Positions 9,855 through 18,125 of a DNA stretch of 64,000 nucleotides are shown one piece after another (position 1 is the first letter of the stretch; each line of letters opens with the position of its first letter). A program made the position numbers and the translations under genes. The DNA is taken from positions 39,411 through 103,410 of the forward strand of contig QKEW01000011.1 of the NCBI GenBank assembly GCA_003251635.1, read 5' to 3'. The notes under the pieces were generated by a model that saw nothing but the letters and a program-made list of their open reading frames with translations, searched no databases and was not told the DNA's origin. This stretch comes from a bacterium. Lineage in GTDB: Bacteria; Patescibacteriota; Minisyncoccia; Moranbacterales; GWC2-37-73.

Positions 9855-10400
9855 ATGAATGTTGAATTTGGATTAAAGAAGGTTAATGGAATTTTTTTGT
9901 TTGAATCATTCAGAAACTTTTTTGTTGCAACTGTTTTAGGCTGGCTCTATTATTTGTATGATATATTTTCTTATGTTGTAAGCAATAAATTTAACTTTTT
10001 TTCTTCAGTTTTCATTTTGTCGGCAATCCTTCTTTTATGTTCGCTGATTTTTGTATTTATACATCAGTGGACTAGAAAAAAACGTGGTTATGACATTCTT
10101 GGCTTGGAAAAATTTAATCAATTGAGCCAGGAAGATGTCCAGCGATACAGATTCTTTCGGCGATTCTTAAAGTGGATTATGTGTCGAAGAGTGACGATTT
10201 ATTTTTTAGGTTCTATATTTATCGGTCCACATGTGGTCGCACTGTTATTAAGGAAAAATGAAAAAATGTCGAGCACAATTTGTTTTTATTTGATTCCGAC
10301 AACATTAATTTCAGTGCTAACCTGGGTTTTGATAATGAAGGGGGTTGGATTATTAACTTGGAATCAATATGTGAAACCATTTTTGGATTCAGTCATATAA
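9855..10400 (+). CDS. Hypothetical membrane protein (about 4 TM)
   Basis: 181 aa with hydrophobic segments; 27 bp upstream of the PLP enzyme and probably co-transcribed. Confidence 0.65.
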   Translation: MNVEFGLKKVNGIFLFESFRNFFVATVLGWLYYLYDIFSYVVSNKFNFFSSVFILSAILLLCSLIFVFIHQWTRKKRGYDILGLEKFNQLSQEDVQRYRFFRRFLKWIMCRRVTIYFLGSIFIGPHVVALLLRKNEKMSSTICFYLIPTTLISVLTWVLIMKGVGLLTWNQYVKPFLDSVI

Positions 10401-10427
10401 ATATTCCAATCAGAGGGGGTACGAGAA

Positions 10428-11675
10428 ATGAAAGAAATTTTATTAAAAGAAGCCGGAGAATTTGCAGAATTTAACAGGGGTGGGAGGATCATAAATCCTT
10501 TCACTGTTGGTAGTTTCTATGGAAAGTTTATTGAGACAGAGGGGTGTCGTAGAATAGATCTTACTAGGCTGGATTATCTAGCTTTAGGTTCAACCCCGGA
10601 GATCAAGAGGATATTGCACGGGGCTGTTGAAAGCACCGATCTTGGATGCCCAGCATCCCAAAAAGTTCTCAAGACTTCATTAAATGTCGATCTTGAAAAA
10701 AGTTTGGCTAATTTGCACGGGATGAATCAAACGTTGGTTTTTACTAGTGGTTATGCGGCTAATGATAACTTTATGGAGGCTCTTGCTGCTAGGACTAAAA
10801 TTCCTTATTTAAGCATTTTTCGTTTATGCAAAAACACCAGTAATTTACCCACAATTTTTTTTGTTGACGGTGAAAGTCATTTTTCGCTTCAACACGGGAT
10901 AAGAAGAAGTCGTAGCGTTTTTGGCTCTAAAGCGTTCACATTTCCTTCTGGAAATTATGAAAAGCTTGAGTTATTAATTAAGAAAGCCCCCAAGGAATCG
11001 GTAAGGGTAATTATTAGCGATACTCTTTCTTCGGCAACTGGAGTTGTATTTAATACGGAGTGTCTTTGCGAAATTGCAGCCAAGTATGACTGTCTTCTTT
11101 ACCTTGATGAGGCTCATGCAATCGGGGCACTCGGAAAGAATGGCGCTGGCATAGCCAGCGGTAATTCTAGTTATAATAAATACAAAAATCATGTGATGAT
11201 AATGGGCACTTTAACCAAGGCCCTATGTTCAATGGGTGGATACGTATCGTTAAGCGACGAAAATCTTGCTGATTTTTTCCAATTTTGTTGTCCTCAATAC
11301 ATTTTCTCGGCGCCAATTCCTCCTTGGATGGCAAAATCGTTATCTGGTATTGTTGCCCTTGTTTCGGGGGACTGGGGAGATAAAAGAAGAGAAACATTGG
11401 CGCATTTATCCGCGTATTTGAGAAAGGGATTAATTGATGCAGATTTTGATACAATGAATTCGTCTTCTCACATAGTCCCGGTTTTTGTGGGTGATGATGA
11501 AAAAGCAACCAGGATGTATCGGTTTTTGCAGGGAAAAGGTTTTGAAGTTTCTTGTTTTAGATATCCTGCGGTTGCGGAGTCTTCGGCATTGATAAGAATT
11601 TCGGTTTGTAGTGACCTAGAATTCTGTGAATTGGATGAGTTAGTTCATAACCTTAAAATAGCCAGAAATATTTAA
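10428..11675 (+). CDS. PLP-dependent alpha-oxoamine synthase family enzyme (BioF/Kbl/SPT/CqsA family), divergent
   Basis: Motifs DYLAL, FTSGYAAN, SHFSL, LDEAHAIG, GTLTKAL (PLP lysine), YIFSAPIPP, SHIVPV, YPAV and RISV. Confidence 0.85.
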   Translation: MKEILLKEAGEFAEFNRGGRIINPFTVGSFYGKFIETEGCRRIDLTRLDYLALGSTPEIKRILHGAVESTDLGCPASQKVLKTSLNVDLEKSLANLHGMNQTLVFTSGYAANDNFMEALAARTKIPYLSIFRLCKNTSNLPTIFFVDGESHFSLQHGIRRSRSVFGSKAFTFPSGNYEKLELLIKKAPKESVRVIISDTLSSATGVVFNTECLCEIAAKYDCLLYLDEAHAIGALGKNGAGIASGNSSYNKYKNHVMIMGTLTKALCSMGGYVSLSDENLADFFQFCCPQYIFSAPIPPWMAKSLSGIVALVSGDWGDKRRETLAHLSAYLRKGLIDADFDTMNSSSHIVPVFVGDDEKATRMYRFLQGKGFEVSCFRYPAVAESSALIRISVCSDLEFCELDELVHNLKIARNI

Positions 11676-11701
11676 ATAAATACATGTTTCTTTTGCGTTC
11701 T

Positions 11702-11753
11702 ATCTCGATATCTGTGATTGTGCTACAATAATCATAGGTATCGAGATTTTTTT
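11702..11753 (+). promoter_or_regulatory. 18-bp inverted repeat centred on an extended -10 motif; terminator and/or operator
   Basis: ATCTCGATATCTGTGATT (11702-11719) and AATCATAGGTATCGAGAT (11730-11747) pair with 2 G-U. The loop contains TGCTACAAT and a T-run follows. Confidence 0.65.
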
Positions 11754-11768
11754 ATAATTTTTTAAAAA

Positions 11769-13370
11769 ATGTTGCATTTAATTATATTGTTTTCGGGGAT
11801 ATCCAATCTCATAATGGGCTTTCTTGTTGGTTTCGGAAGTGATGATAAGAAGGGAAAGAAATCTTTTGTATTTTTTTCCATCTCAACCTTTATTTGGGCT
11901 GTATTTGTTTTTCTTATATATGAATATAATTTTCCAATAACTGTTAGGTTGTCTTACTCTGGGGGAGCATTAATGATAACATCATTGCTATTGTGGGTTT
12001 ATAATTTTACTTCCACTAGTGAGGTGAGGAAAAGCAGTTTTTTGAAAATAATTCTACCTGGATTATTTTTTTTATTTGTACCATTTATTGATGGCTTGTT
12101 GATTTGCAACATAAGAGAAAATAGTATTGGAGGTTTTGATGCCGATGATGGAGTTCTTTTTCCTTTATATGCATTTTACATCTTATTTGTATATATATTT
12201 GTAATATTTAGACTTGTTAAACTGTTAAGGGTGACATCTGAAAACAAAAAAAGGCAAGTAAAGGCTATATTAAAGGGTGTTTCCTTGTTTATTGGATTGA
12301 GCATTTTATTTGTTTTTGTTTTGCCGTTATTTGGCTATGATAAGTTTATAGACTTTGACGTTCCTTTTTCTATGTTCTTTGTTGTTTTTGCTGCCTATGC
12401 GATGGTTAAATATAGATTAATGAATATAAAAATCATAACCGTTCAAGTGCTTGCATTGGTAGTTTTGGCCATGTCATTTGTCGATATTTTTTCCACTCAA
12501 AATGTTCAGATGACGTTTTATAAGATATTTATATTCATAACTTTGGCGATTTTATTTTATTTTTTGGTTAAGAGTGTGATTATTGAAATTAATCGTAAAG
12601 AGGAGCTCCAAAAAATGACCGACAGTTTAGCCAAGGCCAATGAAGAGCTGCGAAAATTGGACAATGCTAAGACGGAGTTTATTTCTATTGCTTCCCATCA
12701 ACTGCGAACGCCTCTGACTGCGGTCAAAGGTTTCATTTCTCTGATTCTGGAAGGATCTTATGGTGAAATCAGCAAGGGTGTGCGTGATGCCCTGGAAAAA
12801 GCTTATTCCTCCAGCGAGCGGTTGATTGATTTGGTTGAGGATTTGCTCAATGTTTCGCGAATTGAATCCGGTCGAATGCAATTTATTTTTGCTAAAACTG
12901 ATTTGATAAAAATCATTAAGGATTTGCAAGTTAATTTTGCCATGATTGCCAAGGGAAAAGGTCTTTCTTTGGATTTCAAATTACCCAAAGCTAAAATTCC
13001 TAAACTCTATTTGGATGCTTCCAAGATTCGCGAAGTTGTTTCCAATTTGATTGATAATGCCTTGAAATACACAAAAGAGGGTGGGGTGACAGTGACAGTG
13101 GAAAAAACTTCAAGCAAAACAGTTCGGATAGTGGTTGCGGACACCGGAATTGGAATTCCTCCACAAGAAGCTCCCCATTTGTTCAAAAAGTTTTCTCGAG
13201 GCAAGGATATTGAGCGACTTCACGCCAACGGGACCGGCTTGGGTCTCTATGTTGGTAAAAGCATCATTGATCGTCACTGCGGAAAAATTTGGTTTGAGTC
13301 CGCCGGGGCTGGCAAGGGAACAAAATTTATTATCGAACTGCCAATTAAACGGTCAATTAAGGAAAAATAA
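11769..13370 (+). CDS. Sensor histidine kinase with an N-terminal multi-TM (HisKA_7TM-like) domain
   Basis: H-box SIASHQLRTPLT, N-box NLIDNALKYT, and G boxes DTGIGI and GTGLGL. About 9 TM in the N-terminal half. Confidence 0.93.
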   Translation: MLHLIILFSGISNLIMGFLVGFGSDDKKGKKSFVFFSISTFIWAVFVFLIYEYNFPITVRLSYSGGALMITSLLLWVYNFTSTSEVRKSSFLKIILPGLFFLFVPFIDGLLICNIRENSIGGFDADDGVLFPLYAFYILFVYIFVIFRLVKLLRVTSENKKRQVKAILKGVSLFIGLSILFVFVLPLFGYDKFIDFDVPFSMFFVVFAAYAMVKYRLMNIKIITVQVLALVVLAMSFVDIFSTQNVQMTFYKIFIFITLAILFYFLVKSVIIEINRKEELQKMTDSLAKANEELRKLDNAKTEFISIASHQLRTPLTAVKGFISLILEGSYGEISKGVRDALEKAYSSSERLIDLVEDLLNVSRIESGRMQFIFAKTDLIKIIKDLQVNFAMIAKGKGLSLDFKLPKAKIPKLYLDASKIREVVSNLIDNALKYTKEGGVTVTVEKTSSKTVRIVVADTGIGIPPQEAPHLFKKFSRGKDIERLHANGTGLGLYVGKSIIDRHCGKIWFESAGAGKGTKFIIELPIKRSIKEK

Positions 13371-13511
13371 CAAAAAATCTTTGTTTTCCGGCAATTTAAT
13401 TGGAAGTGTTTCATTGAATATGCCGATGCTCATTAGAGTTTTTGGTTGATTTTCTTTTAGATTAGAGTAAACTGGGATTAATTAAAGACTTTTAAATATC
13501 CTAGTAAAAAT

Positions 13512-14756
13512 ATGTTGCAATCCAAACTTTTTACCAAAGCTCAAAAACAAGCGCCTGCTGGCGAAGTCAGTTTGAATGCCCAACTTTTGATTCGGGCCGG
13601 ATTTGTGCACAAAGAGATGGCTGGAGTCTACTCTTATCTGCCTTTGGGACTTAGGACTTTGAATAAGATTTCTGACATTATTCGTCAGGAAATGGATGCG
13701 GCCGGTGGTCAGGAAATTTTCATGACGGTTTTGCAAGACCGTGAAACTTGGGAAAAAACTGGGCGTTGGAGCGACGAAGTGGTGGACAATTGGTTCAAAA
13801 CCGAATTGAAAAACGGAACACAATTAGGCCTAGGCTTTACCCATGAAGAGGCGATTGCCAAGATCATGAAAAACTACGTGGCTTCTTACAAGGACTTGCC
13901 TTTCTATGCCTATCAAATTCAAACCAAGTTTCGTAACGAAGCCCGGGCTAAGGCTGGTTTGATGCGTGGTCGGGAGTTTTTCATGAAGGACCTCTATTCT
14001 TTTTCCAAAACCAAAGAGGAGCACGACGAATTTTATGAAAAAATGAAAGAAGTTTACATGAAAGTTTTTTCGCGGCTGGGAATGGGTGACAAAACTTATT
14101 TGACTATTTCTTCCGGCGGTTCTTTTTCTAAATATTCCTATGAATTTCAAACTGTTTCAAAAGCCGGAGAAGATATGATTGCCATTATTGATGAAGAAAA
14201 AAGAATTGCCATTAACAAGGATGATTTGACGGATGAAGTTTTGAAAGATTTTGCAGTCAAAGTTGATCGGGATAAATTGCGCGAGGAAAAATCAATCGAG
14301 GTTGGTGACATTTATTCCTTAGGTTATAAATACTCCGAGGCGTTCAATTTGAAATACAAAGATGAAAGCGGTCAGGACCAGATGGTGTATATGGGTTCTT
14401 ATGGTATGAGTCCATCGCGTCTGATGGGGGCGGTGGTTGAGTTAAATTCGGATGCCAAGGGAATTATTTGGCCTGAGGCGGTGGCTCCTTTTGCGGTGCA
14501 TTTGATCAGTTTGGATCAAAATGAAAAGGCTTTGGAAATTTACAAACAGCTTTCCCAAAAAGGTGTGGAGGTTTTGTGGGATGATCGTCAGATTGGAGCT
14601 GGCGAAAAATTTGCCGAAGCGGATTTGATTGGAATTCCTAATCGAATGGTGATTAGTGCCAAGTCTTTAACTGCGGGTGGAGTTGAATTGAAGAAAAGAG
14701 ATTCTGATCAGGCTGAAATTTTGCCGATTGAAAAACTTTTGGAAAAATTTTCTTAA
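13512..14756 (+). CDS. proS: Proline--tRNA ligase (short form lacking the INS editing domain)
   Basis: Motifs THEE, YQIQTKFRNEAR, GLMRGREFFMKDLYSF and MGSYGM, plus the anticodon-binding domain (DDR..GEKFAEADLIG). Confidence 0.95.
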   Translation: MLQSKLFTKAQKQAPAGEVSLNAQLLIRAGFVHKEMAGVYSYLPLGLRTLNKISDIIRQEMDAAGGQEIFMTVLQDRETWEKTGRWSDEVVDNWFKTELKNGTQLGLGFTHEEAIAKIMKNYVASYKDLPFYAYQIQTKFRNEARAKAGLMRGREFFMKDLYSFSKTKEEHDEFYEKMKEVYMKVFSRLGMGDKTYLTISSGGSFSKYSYEFQTVSKAGEDMIAIIDEEKRIAINKDDLTDEVLKDFAVKVDRDKLREEKSIEVGDIYSLGYKYSEAFNLKYKDESGQDQMVYMGSYGMSPSRLMGAVVELNSDAKGIIWPEAVAPFAVHLISLDQNEKALEIYKQLSQKGVEVLWDDRQIGAGEKFAEADLIGIPNRMVISAKSLTAGGVELKKRDSDQAEILPIEKLLEKFS

Positions 14757-14808
14757 ATATTCGTATTAAATTTATCCAGTCAAATTTATTTTTTTGGAAA
14801 TTTTGTTT

Positions 14809-15681
14809 ATGGAAATAAATCTTTCTAAATATGCCGGTTTTTGTGAGGGCGTGGGGAGGGCTTATCAAATTGTGGAAGAGGCTGTTTTTGATTCCAGGAT
14901 CCCAAAACCAATTGCGGTCTTAGGATCATTGGTTCACAACGCCGACGTGGTAAAAAAAATCCAGCAGTGGGGGGTTTTGAAAGTGGAAGTTGAAAACTCC
15001 TTAGAAGAAACACTCTCTAAAATTAAAGGCAAAGTGAAAACTTTGGTAATTACGGCTCATGGTGCCGGACCTAGAATTTATGAGCTAGCTAAAGAAAAAG
15101 GTTTTGAATTGATTGATGCGACTTGTCCAAAAGTTATCAAGGTTCAAAGATTGGCTCAGACTTTTTGGAAGAAAGGCGCTCAAGTGGTGATTGTTGGAGA
15201 AAAGAAACACAAGGAAGTGCGAGGAATCAATGAATGGGCTTGTGAAAAAGGAATTCTGGTTGAAAACCAGCAGGATTTGAAAAATATTCAATTAAGTAAA
15301 GATGATGAATCGGTACTCTTATCGCAAACAACTCAAAATAGTCAACTGGTTGAAAGAATCGGAAAATCTTTGCAGCAAGAGCATTTGAAGTTGAAAATTT
15401 TTGATACGCTTTGCTTGACAACCCATAATCGTCAGGCGGAAATTCGACAATTGGCCAAGAAAAATGACGCGGTAGTAGTAATCGGTTCACCGGAAAGCTC
15501 CAATTCAAATCGACTTTGGGAAATTGCCAAAGAAGAAAATCCGCGCAGCTTTTTTATAGAAAGAGCTGATCAATTGCAAAAGGACTGGTTTGAGGGTTGT
15601 CAAAAAATTGCCGTTAGTGCTGGCGCCTCTACCCCGGATTGGATTATTCAGGAAGTATTGGAGAATTTAAGAAAATCATGA
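14809..15681 (+). CDS. ispH: 4-hydroxy-3-methylbut-2-enyl diphosphate reductase
   Basis: Three Fe-S cysteine motifs (GFCEGV, DATCPKV, DTLCLTTHNRQ), plus LVHN, SSNS and SAGASTP. Confidence 0.93.
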   Translation: MEINLSKYAGFCEGVGRAYQIVEEAVFDSRIPKPIAVLGSLVHNADVVKKIQQWGVLKVEVENSLEETLSKIKGKVKTLVITAHGAGPRIYELAKEKGFELIDATCPKVIKVQRLAQTFWKKGAQVVIVGEKKHKEVRGINEWACEKGILVENQQDLKNIQLSKDDESVLLSQTTQNSQLVERIGKSLQQEHLKLKIFDTLCLTTHNRQAEIRQLAKKNDAVVVIGSPESSNSNRLWEIAKEENPRSFFIERADQLQKDWFEGCQKIAVSAGASTPDWIIQEVLENLRKS

Positions 15682-15820
15682 TATTTATCGGGAAATTGGG
15701 GGGTTACTACTTGGCGGTTGTTTTTTCTTTTGTTTATTTTGAAAAAACGGTTAGAAAATTGATTTTTTGTTCAATTTGCGATATAATTGCATAAGAAAAG
15801 GATTAAAATTTAAAGAGTCA

Positions 15821-16621
15821 ATGAGTAAAATAATTTTCGTCGAGGATGATCCAATGATTGCTGAGATTTACAAGAGTAAACTGGAATCGTCGGGTTTTGA
15901 GGTGGTTAATGCTAAAACAGGCAGGGAAGCTCTTAAATACGCCGCTCAAGGCGGGTATGATTTGATGCTTTTGGATATGGTTTTGCCAGAGCTTGGTGGA
16001 ATGGAGGTTTTGAAGGAAATTAAGAGTGATTCAAGCTATAATCAAAACTTGAAAATTGTGATTTTTAGTAATTTGAATGAAGCGGAAACCCAGCAAGAGG
16101 CACTAAAAAACGGAGCTGATGGATTTATCAGTAAGATGCAATATTCTCCTTCGGAATTGGTGCAAGAGGTCTCGCGGCTAATTCGTCAGTTTGATCAGCA
16201 AGAAGAAAATCATCAACGTGTTTCTCAAGAGGGAGAAATTGCAAAAAGCGGTCAGAGAATTTTGTTTATTGAAGACGAAGAATCTTTTTTGGAAACATTT
16301 GGCAAGAGTTTGGAGGGTGACGGTTATGTTGTAGCGGTGGCCAGTAAAGGAGATTGGGGTTTAAAAGAAGCCTTGGAGAATGATTATGATTTGATTGTTA
16401 TTGACACGGCTCTGTCGGATGTAAGCGGCATTGAAGTAGTTGGCAAATTAAAAGAGGAAGCTAAAACTCAAAATATTCCGATAGTTATGGTGTCAGCTTC
16501 AGTTACGGATGAAGAATTTGAGCAAATCAAGCAACTTGGGGTGGTGGGATTTTTTCTTAAAAATGAAATTGCGCCAAGCGACTTTTTAAATAGTGTTTCG
16601 GAAATTTTGAAGCAGAATTAA
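15821..16621 (+). CDS. Response regulator with two receiver domains and no output domain
   Basis: REC1: FVEDD, LLDMVLP, FSN, FISK. REC2: FIEDE, VIDTAL, MVSA, FFLK. Confidence 0.88.
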   Translation: MSKIIFVEDDPMIAEIYKSKLESSGFEVVNAKTGREALKYAAQGGYDLMLLDMVLPELGGMEVLKEIKSDSSYNQNLKIVIFSNLNEAETQQEALKNGADGFISKMQYSPSELVQEVSRLIRQFDQQEENHQRVSQEGEIAKSGQRILFIEDEESFLETFGKSLEGDGYVVAVASKGDWGLKEALENDYDLIVIDTALSDVSGIEVVGKLKEEAKTQNIPIVMVSASVTDEEFEQIKQLGVVGFFLKNEIAPSDFLNSVSEILKQN

Positions 16622-16637
16622 TTTTTATAAATGTTAT

Positions 16638-18071
16638 ATGGAGCGGATTTTTATTGAACAAGCAGTTAAAAAAGTTGGGGAAAAAGTAAAGTTGTCTGGA
16701 TGGGTGCATAATCGTCGTGATCATGGTAAGATTATTTTTTTGGATTTGCGTGACAAGACCGGGATTGTTCAGACTGTGATTGTTCCTGACTATGCCCAAG
16801 TTTATGAAGAAGCCAAAAAGATCCGCAGTGAATTTGTGATCGAAATTGAAGGATTGGTTAAGGAACGTCCACAAAGCGCTCGAAATGAAAAATCAGCTAC
16901 CGGCTCAATTGAATTGGAGATTGAAAAATTGATGATTTTGAATGAATGTCAGGGGTTGCCTTTTGAAATCAATAAAGATAGTGCGGAAGTTAACGAGGAA
17001 TTGAGATTGAAATATCGTTATTTGGATTTGCGCACTGAACGGATGAAAAATAATATTTTTAATCGCGGCAAGATCGTAAAGTTTTTTCGCGATCACCTGG
17101 ATGAAGAGGGATTTTTGGAGGTGGAAACTCCAGTTTTAGGCAAATCAACAGCTGAGGGTGCGAGGGACTATATCGTACCGTCGCGAATTTATAAGGGTAA
17201 TTTTTACGCCCTGCCACAATCTCCGCAGCAATATAAGCAGCTTTTGATGGCGGGTGGAGTTGAAAGATATTTTCAAATTGCCAAGTGTTTTCGAGATGAA
17301 GATACACGCGGTGATCGTCAGCCGGAATTTACCCAGCTTGATTTGGAAATGAGTTTTGTTAGGCAAAAGGATGTTATGCAAATCATCGAGCGGATGTTGA
17401 TTGAAATGGTACAGAAAATTTATCCTCAAAAAAGAATCCAACAGGTTCCTTTCCCACATATTTCATATCAGGAAGCGATGGAAAAATATGGAACTGATCG
17501 TCCAGATTTGCGTGAAGACAAAAATGATCCCGATCTGCTAGCTTTTTGCTGGGTAATAGACTTTCCATTTTTTGAAAAAAATGAAGATTCCTCAACCGGA
17601 TGGACTTTTACACATAATCCGTTTTCCAGTCCAAAACCGGAACATTTGGAAATGTTGATGGCTAAAAAAGATGTTGGTCAAATTTTAACCACCCAATATG
17701 ATGTTGTTTTGAATGGTTATGAGATTGGTGGTGGTAGCATCCGGAATCATCAACCGAAAGCTTTGGATAAAGTTCTGGAAATTATCGGAATTCCTAAAAA
17801 GCGAGTGGAGCAGGAATATGGTCATATGTTGGAAGCTTTTGAAATGGGAACGCCTCCGCATGGCGGAATCGCTTTGGGCTTAGACCGAGTTGTTATGATT
17901 TTGCAAAATGAATCAAGTATCCGAGAGGTTATTGCTTTTGCCAAAAACGGTGAAGCTCAAGATTTGTTGATGAATGCTCCGGGCGAAATTGAGAAAAAAC
18001 AACTTTCAGAAGTAGGAATCAGTCTGCTGGCCACCAAGAAGGCAGTCAAAAAATCTTCCAAGAAAGCTTAG
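16638..18071 (+). CDS. aspS: Aspartate--tRNA ligase (lacks the GAD insertion domain)
   Basis: Motifs RRDHG, YRYLDLR, EGARDY, LPQSPQ, CFRDED, RQPEFTQLD and PPHGGIALGLDR. Confidence 0.96.
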   Translation: MERIFIEQAVKKVGEKVKLSGWVHNRRDHGKIIFLDLRDKTGIVQTVIVPDYAQVYEEAKKIRSEFVIEIEGLVKERPQSARNEKSATGSIELEIEKLMILNECQGLPFEINKDSAEVNEELRLKYRYLDLRTERMKNNIFNRGKIVKFFRDHLDEEGFLEVETPVLGKSTAEGARDYIVPSRIYKGNFYALPQSPQQYKQLLMAGGVERYFQIAKCFRDEDTRGDRQPEFTQLDLEMSFVRQKDVMQIIERMLIEMVQKIYPQKRIQQVPFPHISYQEAMEKYGTDRPDLREDKNDPDLLAFCWVIDFPFFEKNEDSSTGWTFTHNPFSSPKPEHLEMLMAKKDVGQILTTQYDVVLNGYEIGGGSIRNHQPKALDKVLEIIGIPKKRVEQEYGHMLEAFEMGTPPHGGIALGLDRVVMILQNESSIREVIAFAKNGEAQDLLMNAPGEIEKKQLSEVGISLLATKKAVKKSSKKA

Positions 18072-18125
18072 AAAATTTTCTATCTTTGTTTTCCATCTTT
18101 TAATTCAGCCAGTTAAAATTAATTC

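Noticed and set aside
9635-9865. 76-aa ORF upstream of the signalling cassette as a peptide signal
   Set aside because: TTG start, no RBS and low-complexity AT-rich sequence; more likely promoter DNA, though not excluded.
10428-11675. Naming the enzyme bioF or cqsA
   Set aside because: Family membership is clear, but there are no bio genes nearby and substrate-determining motifs diverge from both; orthology needs a tree.
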